Position numbers and translations under genes: made by a program. 64,000 nucleotides of DNA from Podarcis vaucheri (taxonomy: Eukaryota), in the NCBI GenBank assembly GCA_965113315.1, contig OZ220369.1; one strand, written 5' to 3'. Shown here one piece after another: positions 49,416 through 60,700 of the stretch. The stretch's first letter is position 1; each line of letters opens with the position of its first letter. The notes beneath the pieces were generated by a model. It saw nothing but the letters and a program-made list of their open reading frames with translations. It searched no databases and had not been told where the DNA came from.

Positions 49416-50450
49416 AGAAGGGGCCGCGGGGGTCATCTAGTCCAAGTGGTGGTGGGTCGAGACCCGCTTGTGGGTCATGGCCTGATCCAAGGTGGGTTGC
49501 AACAGCAGCATAGCAACCGCTATGCAAATATGTGGTAAATGATTACAAGATTGGTCCCCAAATGCATGTTTGGTTAAAGGCGGATCCGGAGACTGAAAAG
49601 GTTGAAGACTGCGGGTCTAGGAGACTTGCAGCCAACAGAGGGGCAAACGCGAGTCCCGCGCTCTCTACCCAAAGCGGCTCGGATTGCAGCCGGATGGGTT
49701 TTCAGGAGCCCAAAAATCCCGCGCACCAGAAGGGCCGCTCTTACCCTTTCTTATGTCTGGGGTGACATAACCCGTTGCCCCGGCGACAGACGAGCCTCTT
49801 GGACCGGGGGCGGGGCTTCTCCGGGTCCGCCTCCTCCCGCCCTTCCTACGTCAGAGCCAAATCAGCCCCTCTTCCCGCAGCTGGAGAGTCTGGTGGGGTA
49901 ACTTATGCTGTTCGAGGCCTTGCGAGTCACTCCTTGGGCTGACGCCTTTTGCGTCCAGCTGCCTCCCTTTTATTCTGCATGGGTGCAATTCCTAGGATAA
50001 CCTCCCAGTCACTGCTGCAAAGCCTGCATTGGGTGCCAGGGCACAACCCCCTTACCACCGAAAGACAAACAAACTGGGTCTTCAAAAGATGCCCCTCTCC
50101 CCTCACCAGAGCTCTCAGGACTCTGCAGATTTACCCCCGGAGCTGGCACCTCTTCCTCAAGCCACGGGTCCGAGGGCAGCTGCAGGGGCCTTCTCCATGA
50201 GAGAACCTCTACCCTTGGGAGGTGCCTGTGCCTGACCGTAGAAGTGAAAAAATATGCTCTCCTTTAGATTTACTTTTAATAATTAAAGAGAAGTCCCACC
50301 CACCATTGGCAATGTTTTTTAACCTTTTGCATGCTGATCTCCATCATAAAACAAGTGAAATGCACTTGTCATATGGCATTGTAATAAATAAATAAAAACA
50401 TTAAAAAAATATTAAATAAAAATAACAAGTTTAAACAAATAAACAAAAGC

Positions 50451-50456
50451 TTTATT
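50451..50456 (-). terminator. Polyadenylation signal of DHODH
   Basis: TTTATT on + (AATAAA on -) about 645 nt after the stop, followed on the minus strand by a T/GT-rich downstream tract. Confidence 0.65.
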
Positions 50457-51099
50457 GAAAGACCACCCAGAAAAAGATCCACCTCCTGCCAAAGGCAAGG
50501 CAGGGAACAAAATCCCACAGCCCCTCAGAGCAATGCTGATCGTGCCCCCATCCTCTTCAGCGTCCTAAGATCAAGAGTGGGGCTCTGGGATGAAACAGAA
50601 AATATTTCTGCCATACTCCCATTTTACTTAATCCCATCTGAGAGGGACTGAATTACACTGCAGACCTGACTGTTGGGTCTCAGCAGATGAGGGGAATTCC
50701 TTCACTTTGTCCTGGCTGAGGATACACACAGATCCTGATCCTCTGTGTTACTTGATAGTTTCTGATGAAAGAAGCCAGCCTGAGCCTGGCCTACTTGACT
50801 TGTGTCAATGTTTGCTCATCCTGTTCCAGGGACCCTTAGTACCTGCAGGACTGCAAAAGTTTGCATTAAGAAGTACACTGTGAAGCTCTTAAGGGAGGCA
50901 CTTTTTTGTTCCTTGCTGGCAAAACAATGGACCCAGCTGATCTTGATGGAAGCGCCCCTGCCCTCATGTAGGGGAAGATGAGGGGGCCAGCAGGACTACA
51001 AGCAGAAACATGCTGGATGCTACCACGGTGACCTGGGCAAACAAGCATCTCTGTGCCCACAGAGTGCCTGCTGTCACACTAAGCCCACGTCAGGAGTCC

Positions 51100-52117
51100 T
51101 CAGAGGCCATGATCTGCACCCACAGCATCCTGCACACTCTGGAATCCTTGCTCCCTGCACACAGGAGAAAACAGCACAGAGTGAGTAGACCAGCTAGCTG
51201 TCTCTGGCCCTGTAGTCTACTTGGCGCCTAGAAAGATAAAACCTCAACCCAAGCAAAGTCCATATTTGCTTAAGATACCAGCTCCCCACTTGGGTCCCCA
51301 TCTCCCTCCCCAACTACAAAAGGTAACCAGAAAAGCTTATGCCTGTAGAGCAGATCCTTGTACATTGTGGGGAGGGGACTTGTGACCTGCAGGCGAGTCA
51401 CAGGAAACCAAGGATGTGAAATACCCACAGGATCAAGACCACTTTATCCTCTACGTAGTACATATTTGATTGTTTGGATAAGACAACAGATGCACAGGTA
51501 TAAAGAATAGAAAGCAAGGTCTGTTTTACTTGTTTTGGGACTACTGTTGTCCCAGACATCAACTGCTGCAAAGCTGCCAAGGCTCCACAGACCACAAAAT
51601 GACACAAAGGAACTGTAGTGGAGATGAGGTAATTTGTCTTGGTGGAAGTGGAAGGTAGTTTGAGACTGGAGAGAAGGGATAGGTGGAAGAATAGGCTGCA
51701 GCAGGGGCTTCCAAGAGGAGATGTGCCAGGGGCTAGGAAGCAGATCTGGAGGAAAGACAGGCCGGCTGGCAAGCAGAATGTGGGAGGAAGAGAAGAAATG
51801 GGTGTAAGAGGCAGAGCGAGAGACACAGAACATCAAGCAAGGAGGACAAGATACTTGAAGCAGATGTAAAGAGTAGCAGGGATCAGCTTCTTGCAGTGTA
51901 AATGGAGAGCATACATGCAATAAGGAGCCCAGCATGACAACCTAGGTGGGAGACAGACAGTTTTGTGGTCTGCTCAGCTCCCTCTACAGCCTAATCTCAT
52001 GCTGGCAGCAATCTCATTCTGCTGTGCTTTCTAATCAGCACAACTTTGCTTGAATCTGAAGTAACATCATAATGTATCTGCAAAACACAGCTGGATTGAG
52101 GGTCCATTAGGTGCACC

Positions 52118-52195
<78 letters not shown>

Positions 52196-55100
52196 AGAGA
52201 GTTTGGGCCATCAAGAAGCTGGGAGCTGGGCCCCGCCTGTTACTCACCTTAACAGAGCCTCCAGCTCCTGTTTCACAACACCCACCACTGGTGGCCCACG
52301 GTAGGTAAGTGCAGTGTACATCTGCACCAAGGAGGCCCCTGCGCGGATCTTGTCCAAGGCATCTTGCCCGCTGGAGACTCCACCTACACCAATGATGGGG
52401 ACCCGTCCTGGGGGGCAAGAAGAGGCTGCTAGTGGGAGGAGTTCTGGAGTCCCTCCCACCTACATCCCCTCCCTCCCTCCAGCCCGTCTCCTTACCTTGG
52501 GTGAGAGAGTACATCTCGCTGACCAGCTGAGTGGAGAGCTCTCGCAGGGGAGCTCCGCTTAGACCCCCAGCCTCCCCACGAAGAGCTGCACGCAAGGTGC
52601 TGGGGCGGCTCACAGTGGTGTTGGTGACCACCAGTCCATCAACGCCTAACTGGGAAAAAGGGAGCCCAGTCAAGCCTCAGAGCCACAGCCTCCTCCTATG
52701 CGCTGCCCTCCTTCCCACAGCAGTGGCCCTGAAAGTCTAGCCCTACCCCATTCTCACTTTTATTTAAAGGAAATTCATAAGACCACTTGATGAAAGATCT
52801 ATATATCTCCCAAGTAGCATACAAATATAGCTTAAGCTAAATCACAGCTGAAATCCACAGTTCACTAAAAGCAAAGGTATGTAAAGCCACCTCAATTAAA
52901 AAAAAACGATAAATTCAATAAATATTTAAAGCCGATATAGGTGACTAAATTACATGTCTGGGTATGCTTGCCAAATGCAATATGGTGAGGGTGCCTGCCC
53001 AGTATCAAGAGGCAGGGAGTTCCAAGTGCTGCTATGTTCACAAGATTGCTCTTGCGAGGAGTGCAGAGCAGCAGGTGTAAAAGTGCAAGTTCCACAGATG
53101 GAAGTGATCAAAGAGGCCCACATGGGGCAAGGTAATCTCTTAAGGGAGCTGCTCTAGAACAAGACATAAAAGGCCAAACCAACCAGGAATAATTGAGGCA
53201 GCAGCCAGACAGAACCACTCCTGCCCACCCACCCCTGCATCACCTCAGAGACGACACTAGCAATGTCCTGCTTGTCTTGGGCCGTGAGATCTGGAGCAAT
53301 TTTCACCAGTACAGCCGGCTTGTGCTTGCATGCCAAGGCGTCCCTCTCAGCCAGCACCTGCCAAGAAGCACACAGCCGTTGGCCATAGATCACGTTCACA
53401 CTGCTCAGAAGGGCACATTATTACAAGCCATGGAGCGCAGCACAACACACCTAGGAGAGGGGAACTGCCCCTGCTATGAACTAGGGACAGAAGCGGAGCT
53501 CTGCAGAGCAGCAGAGGCTCAACAGCAGGGTCCAAAGGGCAGGTATGGAAGGAGGGCGAGATAGAAGCAGCCTCCTGTTGGTCCACCACCAACATCTGGA
53601 GGCAAGGCTGCCGCACTTATACAAGGTTCTCCTGGAGGGGACCGAGAGGACAGGTAATGCTCTTGGGCAAGAGACCCACCTTGGCCAACAGGAGGCGCAG
53701 CTCCGCTTTGCCTTGAAGGGCCCGCAGTCCCGGCGTGTTGGGGCTGGAAACATTCACCACCAGGTAATCAGCCAGGGGGCCCAGCACACGCACACCTGCC
53801 ACGTAGTCAGCTGCTGCATCTGCAGAGGCCTTGTTCTTGCCAAGATTTATTCCAAGAGGCATCCCCGCTAGGAAGGGAGAGGATGCACAAACAGAAGCCA
53901 GTCAGACAGGGAGGGCCAGAGCAAAGATGACTACTACGTGAGGAATCCCTGATGAGGGGGCAGACACATAAGAGATTTCCCCAGGGAGAGCACAGGGCCA
54001 CGGTGGGCCTGTTAGGGCTGGGCAAAAGGAAGCAGCCACTGGCACTCAGGCAGGCACTGCTCCTGACCAGAGTTGCTCTGGGAAGGGTTCAGGGCAGGAT
54101 CCAGAAATCCTCCACTAATCAACTGCAACATTATTTGCTCCTTGCCACTCTTTACGTTCCCTGAAAGCTCCTCTCCAGATCTGACTGCCACAAGCATGTA
54201 CTAGCACAGCAGCAATTGGGTGGGGGGAAGAAGGGGGCCGGGATTTTCCATGGCTCATGGGCAGGGAGGACACAAGCCACCTCACCTGAGCTGAGCTGAC
54301 GCTGAGTTTCTTGTCGGGCTCGAAGTCTGTGCTCCACCACTGCATGCCCGTGGCTGTTGAACCCATACCTAGAAAGTGGTGGACACAGCTCAGGTGGACA
54401 CAGCTCAGGTGAATACCACCACCCCTCTCTTCCCCAATGCATCACCTCCTCCTCCACTGCAGGAGAGGCTTGTCAAAGGCTCACCCTCGCCACCCACCTC
54501 TGTTCCAGCCTCCTACCTGTTAATAATGGCCTGGTCCTCTGGCAGCCGGAAGACGCGGGGCCTGGGGTTCCCCTCTTGGGGCTCTGGGGTGACACTCCCC
54601 ACCTCCACAAAGCCAAATCCCATCTTGTAGAGTCCATCTACAGCCTCTCCATGCTTGTCAAAACCAGCAGCCAGGCCAAGAGGGTTCCGAAACCGGCGCC
54701 CAAAGACTTCCACTGCCTGGGAAGCCAATTAAGCACCTGTTAACCAGCAGAAAGCCTTGGGCAGCAGAAGAGACAGGCAAGGCCCCATCCTGTCCCAGGA
54801 GAGAGAGGGCATGCCAGGCCCACAGGAAGGGATTGGGAGCAGTAGGATGAGAGGCAGGGCCCAAAGCAGGAGCACAGCAGCCTCTGGCCGCCAGTCACCT
54901 GCATAGGTTACTCACCAATGCATCCGAGTCAGCTTGGCTTGAGCAGGGCAGGATCCCCAGAGCCACAAAGCGCACAGCCAGCCTGTGGGCTGTCTCAGGG
55001 CCCACCACTCTCTGCAGGAGTGGCATCAGCTGCGCAGCGTAGAAGTGCTCATCTCCCTTGACCACCAGGTATGAGGTGAAGATCAGGCTGCCCCCACCGA

Positions 55101-56325
55101 GAATCACTGTTGCCTCCTTAAAGCGTCGCTGGGAGAGCAAAGAGAGTGAGATACAGCCCCAAGCCTACAGCCCACCCAACCCCTGGAGAACGGGAGGAGG
55201 AAGGTCTACCACCCTGCTCCACCCTAGCACACCCACAGAACTCTGTCTGGAATATCTGGGTTAAAGCCCAAGTTGGCTTTGGCTAGACCTGGCCAAGCTA
55301 CCCTGCCTCATCACCCCAGTTGGGATAAATACTGACCCTAAAACTGAGAAAGCAGCTGGTCCATATGGGGCACTCTGAAAGGGCTAAACGCAGCAGGAAT
55401 CCTGTTGAAGAGCTGCTGGTACTACCTGGGATGGCAAAGGGGGAGGATTTCAGATGCCGAAACACAAGGAAGGCATAGCTTCCAATTACTACTGGTTCCT
55501 GGCAATGACTGGCCGGATCTGACTGGAGGCCTTTTGGTAGAGGAATCTGCCTCAAGCCCTTCAGCAGCTGCATGGCAGGCACGAGAACCATTGCTGCTCA
55601 GCAAAAGCTGCACTGGCCCAACCTCTGCTTACCTTGGCTGTTGCTCCAGCCTACCCCAAAGGAGCAACACACGGTTTGCTCTCACAGCTGGCCACTGGAG
55701 CCCTCCCAGCAACTACGTTCAAGCTGCACGGTTCACTAAGGAACGGCAAGGAGCTGCTTCCCCCCCCCACCCCCCGACAGATTTTTGGACCACCTAGGTC
55801 AGGGCTGCTTGCTCTGACTGGCATCGGCTCCTTCCTCTCTCGAAGGCATGATACCTGCCCTGCAAACTTCGCTTAGTCCCTTTCTAGCAGTAAGAGGAGT
55901 TAAGCGCTTTCATAGGTAGTGAAGGAGTTGCAACTTTCCCCTTGAACTGGAGGCTGGTATCCTATTTCTGGGCAACCACAGCTGCAAGACTGCATATCTT
56001 CCTACAGCGCATCAAGACAGAAGAATCCACTCCGCATTTCCCCATTGGTTGCTTCAAACCAGCAACACGGGTGGCTAGGTGGGTGCGCGCGCGCAGAGCA
56101 CTGCGGGAGGCAAATAAGTTGCCCACCGAGTATCGCCTGCGCTGTCTGGCAAAGGCGGGCCTCCCTCCAGACTCTCCCCGGCAGAGCAAAGGCTCTTTCT
56201 TCACAGGGTACCTCGACCTGCAAAATGCCTGCTCTGGCACGAAGCTACGGCCCACCCTTGAGCCCAGCGCCCGCCCGCTGTGCGACCTTCCTCACCCAGA
56301 GCGACGCGCCCGCAGCTCCCGCCAT
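51100..56325 (-). CDS. DHODH: Dihydroorotate dehydrogenase (quinone), mitochondrial, complete, 398 aa
   Basis: 9 exons (minus): 56325-56296, 55128-54916, 54716-54517, 54368-54286, 53867-53680, 53357-53244, 52649-52496, 52407-52248, 51154-51100 (TGA); total 1197 nt. Motifs [62 protein letters not shown]-terminus AVGADHGL*. Confidence 0.98.
52122..52200. repeat. Compound (TC)n(CA)n(GA)n microsatellite in the last DHODH intron
   Basis: Seen directly. Confidence 0.95.
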
Positions 56326-57760
56326 GGCAGCAAAAGGAGGGTGCACATGGGCTCCACTTCCGGCAGAGAGCCGGAAACTGAGCTACAAAGCGCGCTGCAC
56401 TATAAACAGACAAGAGGCAAAACTTCCGTCTTCTTTTATAATCTCTCAATTCCCGAGTTTAGGGGCAGCCTCGATTAGATTCTGCCTTCCCCCCCGAAAT
56501 GATCCCAGCAGGGCTGCAGATCGAGCGCTCAGGGGCAGCCGAAAGCCGTGTGCATACCGAAAAGTTGCGTTTTATAGTATTTAAAAACCGCTCGCATTTC
56601 CCATGCAAAATAAAACCCTTTTAATGCAGCTTCGCTCTCTTTGGTCCAGTTTGAATAGTTGCCCATCTTTTTTTCGCAATGTTGTGTCGGGTGCTAAGAC
56701 TTCGCAGAGTGATATGAAAAGAAAATGATATCAACAACGGAAGAAATATTATGGGCTGCCCGAAAAAGTCCTTATGGACCCCAGCCCCATATACAACCCG
56801 TCTCTCAACCCAGAAATCGCAGGTGGGGCTTTACCCCACCGCCATCATCTCCAAGTCCCTTCCTCCAGCCAACCAAGCAGGACCGATCTCCGGGACCCCT
56901 GTTCCCCAGGCTGCCCGAGACAGAGGCGTAGGGCGCCTTCCTGGAAGGGGCGAGGCAGGCCGGACAGGCGTGAAGGGAGTTGGCCAGCATGAAACCAGAG
57001 AGGGAGAAACAGCAGCTCCCTTTGATTGGCTGAAGAGGCACAAGAGACAACGCGGGAGCATCTGGCAACTGCTGCAGATGATCCCACCCCCAGCCGTCGG
57101 GGCATCTTGATCCCTCCCTCTGGTGACTTCGCACGTGCAGCGCAGCTGCAAGCAGCAACCATCACCCTAGAAACCCCCTGCCAGAGACAGTGTCCCGGTC
57201 TCGGCCCTCGTGCTCCGTCCTCTATCCTCCCCAAGTCCGCTTTCTCTGCCACTGTCTGTTAGAACCTGCCCGGCTGCCCCCTTGATTTCCCTGGGCAAGC
57301 AGCGCCGCGGCGGAGGGCGAGCTGCCCATAGCCTTCCTTTCCACCCTCTGCACTTTGTGGGCCTCCAGGCAGAGGAGCGAGCAGAGATCGCCCCGCTGGG
57401 ACCGAGACGGTGCTGAGACTACAGGGTCCCAGGCTCAGAGCCAGCGCTGCCCTCCGCGCTCCCCGCTCCTGTCCCGCCCACCGACTACGTCGTCACTTAC
57501 GCCAACGCCCCCTTCCCGGCGGGATGGCGCGCGGGAGAGGGAAGATGGCGGGCGGTGGCCGTGGAGCGTCTCTTGCTGCGTCGCCCGAAGGAGCCGCGGA
57601 GGCTCGCGAAAAGGCCTTGGAGGAGGCGGTGAACCGGTGGACCATCCTCTTCTACGCCCACCGGGCCCTTCAGGCTTTCCGGGCCGGCCGCAGCCAGGAC
57701 TTTCGCCAGCTGCGGGACGTCATATACGGTAGGGAGACCAGTTTGTTTTACGAAAGGGGC
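56080..57760. promoter_or_regulatory. Divergent DHODH/TERF2 promoter region with CpG-rich ends
   Basis: Start codons at 56325 (-) and 57524 (+) are 1.2 kb apart; ETS motifs cacttccgg/ccggaa at about 56355-56376, CRE-like acgtcgtca at about 57487-57495. Confidence 0.7.
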
Positions 57761-60700
57761 ATTTGGGGAACATTCTCGCTGGGTAAAGCTATTTCCTGCT
57801 AAGGAACGTGAGTGTAAATAACTAATAATAATTTTATTAGTTATACCCCGCCCATCTGGCTGGGTTTCCTCAGCCACTCTGGCCGGCTCACAGCACATAT
57901 CAGAACATACTAAAACATCAAACATTAAAATATGTCACGTAATAGCCCTGGTTCTACTTATGTCACTGTTACTTATTTACATTTATATATTACATTTAAT
58001 AGTCATTAGGTGTTTTCATTTAAGAAAGAATGAACCTAAAGCAACTTAAAATATAATACAGCCTGTGTCCCTGGAACGTTTGTCATTTGCCTTTAGAAAT
58101 TAAGGGAAATAATAATAAATTTTTATTTATACCCCGTCCTTCCCAGTTCAGAAAACCGGGCTCAGGGTGGCTAACAAATTTAAAACAATTGTGATACAAC
58201 AAAAAACAGCATAAAATACAGTATAAAAGTGTGAATAACAATAAATTCAAAGTTCTAAAATCAATTTGGGGGGGAATCCATCCAATAATGATTTTTAAAG
58301 AAAATGCACAAAGTACAACTAACCAACAGCACAGAACCCAGAAGGAAGGTCTGAAAACAGCCAGCTGTGATTCTCAGGAAGATGGTTAGGATACATGCAC
58401 CCCCCCTTAAATGAATGCTTCCTAAAGCCCATCACAGATGGTCAGGAGAAGGGTTAGGATCCCCCCCCCCGCCGCTGCCTTTAGCCTCCTAAGTACCTGA
58501 AAACTTCAGAGCCCTCTTGAAATCTATTTCAAATTGGATAATGTTGATGTGTGTATTAAGAGATTGAGTTTAATCTAGCACCTTTGGAGTGTAGTTCTAA
58601 GAAACTCAACTACTGTACTTTACCATTCATTTTCTTACAGTAATTACTTCCGTGTGTCTATAAATATTTTAATGTTTCAATATTTTAATGTTGTATTTTA
58701 ATTTTGTTTTTAAGTTGTAATCATTCAACTTGTTTTTATTATTGCTTGTTAGCTGCCCTGAGCCCGGCCTTGGCTGGGGAGGGCAGGGTATAAATAAAAA
58801 ATATTATTATAAATAAAATCTGTACATACTGCATTTCTGCCCCACAAAATGGGAGCGCCAGCAAGATCACTCACCACAAAGATTAAGACACTAAAAAAAA
58901 AAAAGTGTGTGTTTGTGTATATATAGATACTAAAGGATATTGTAGATCACACACAAAAAAACAAGCAAATGCAAAGTGACTCCTGAGCCAAAGGGCATGT
59001 TGGGATGAAGCTGTCTGTCTGTATATGGCGAAGGATACAAGATATGGGACAGGGCTTTGGTGCCCTGGCCCAAACCTCGTTACACCTGGTTTGCTGAACT
59101 ATCTGATTTTGCTTAGTGGCTGTTTTGACTGTCTTGTTCTTCTTCAGCTGTGCTTGCAAGGCCCCTAGTGCTAGAGAAACACATTGGCATTCAGCTGCGG
59201 ATTATCCAGCTTCTGTCTAGGATTGAAGAAGATTGGACCATTGATACCAAGACCAAGTTAACACCTCTTGAATATGCCCTTGTTCTTTTGGATAAGATGA
59301 AGAATGAATTGGACATAGACATTGATATAATAGAAGAAATAAGAAAAAAAATAAAGGAAGCAGTAAGTGTTAGCATTTCCTCTTCTGTAGGCACTGATTA
59401 CTGTTTCTCAGCGTAGTTAGTATGAGGACAGCTGTCTTAAGTTTCAAAATGCAGTATATTTAAGAAAGGGTTTAATTAAGGTGCTAATTCAATGCCAGGA
59501 TGAACTCTTGCCTGTTTTTCTCCATGCTTAAATTGGACTTTTAAATAAGTTCACAAAAGTTAATAGAAGCAAGGAGGCAAGATTCCTATATGCTGGGATG
59601 AAATGAGAGAGAAATGTCTCCTCAGAGTGCCTGAGTTTATTGGAACTCAGCATGTTTTGAAAACTTGTTTCCTTCGGGGGCAATCCAGGAAAAGCTGGCT
59701 TCTTGACTCTCCTGAGGCATACATTATTTCAATGTTGTTAGCCTACAGACTTTAAAGTAACTTGCCTTACTTGAATTTTTTTTAAATTCTTTAATAAGTG
59801 GTCTAATATTACACAATGAAAACACACTGGGTTGAAAATGTGAAGCAGATCTAGAAAACTGCCAGAGGGATATCTCTCGAACAGTATCTTCTTAGATTAG
59901 GAACATTCCCCCAAACTCTTCCTTGCAAACCATTATTTTGTCTTTCTTCTCCAGGCTGTTATAACCTGTCTAAAAAACAAAGAATATGAACAAGCCAGCA
60001 AGATCTTGAGGAAACACATGTCAAAGGACCCAAGTTCCCAGGTGAGCTTTCAGCAGGTATGAGTTCATGTCGCTGTTGTTGAAATGTGCCTCTTATAGAG
60101 TCATTTCACTGCAAAGCAGAATCATGGTTTGTCCTTCCCACATTCTCCAATTCAGTGAGTGTCTTAAATACTTGAGAGTTTATTGTCCCCCTTACGCAAT
60201 GAGAAAAATTGCATCCACAAGCAGCCCATGTTGCTACAGATTGTGGTCCACATCTCTAGTCATCATTACTTTCATGCATTTTTGACATTACCTAGACTGC
60301 TCTGGTGGCTTGGCTTGTTTTGTTTAAACTTCTAATGACTGCAAAAATTGCTTTTATCTCTGCCCTGTGCTGCAATTTGCTTGCAAGTACTGAAAAACAT
60401 TTCCCCTTGCTTAGAAAATGAGGTCGATGTTCCAGAGCATTATCCGAGAAAAAAACTTCGCTCATCCAGCCATCTGGAACTTCTCCTATAAAGCTTTCCA
60501 GCAGAGAATACTTCTGTATTTAGAAAGCTGCTTGAATGACTCTGAGCCCTTTCTCTTAGAGGTAAGCAAGGGTGTGGAGTGCTGCTTGATTGAGATGTGG
60601 GATGTTGTAGTGGGAGCATATCTTAGTAGTTGAACATCTGCTTTGCATGCAGAAGGTCCCAAGTTCAATCCCTGGCATCTCTAGGTAGGACTGGGAATGT

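Noticed and set aside
51398-51935. ORFs in the last DHODH intron as a TXNL4B or HP remnant
   Set aside because: No thioredoxin-like or protease motifs; low-complexity composition.
60630-60680. tRNA gene
   Set aside because: Only a degenerate tRNA-derived SINE head; no complete cloverleaf.
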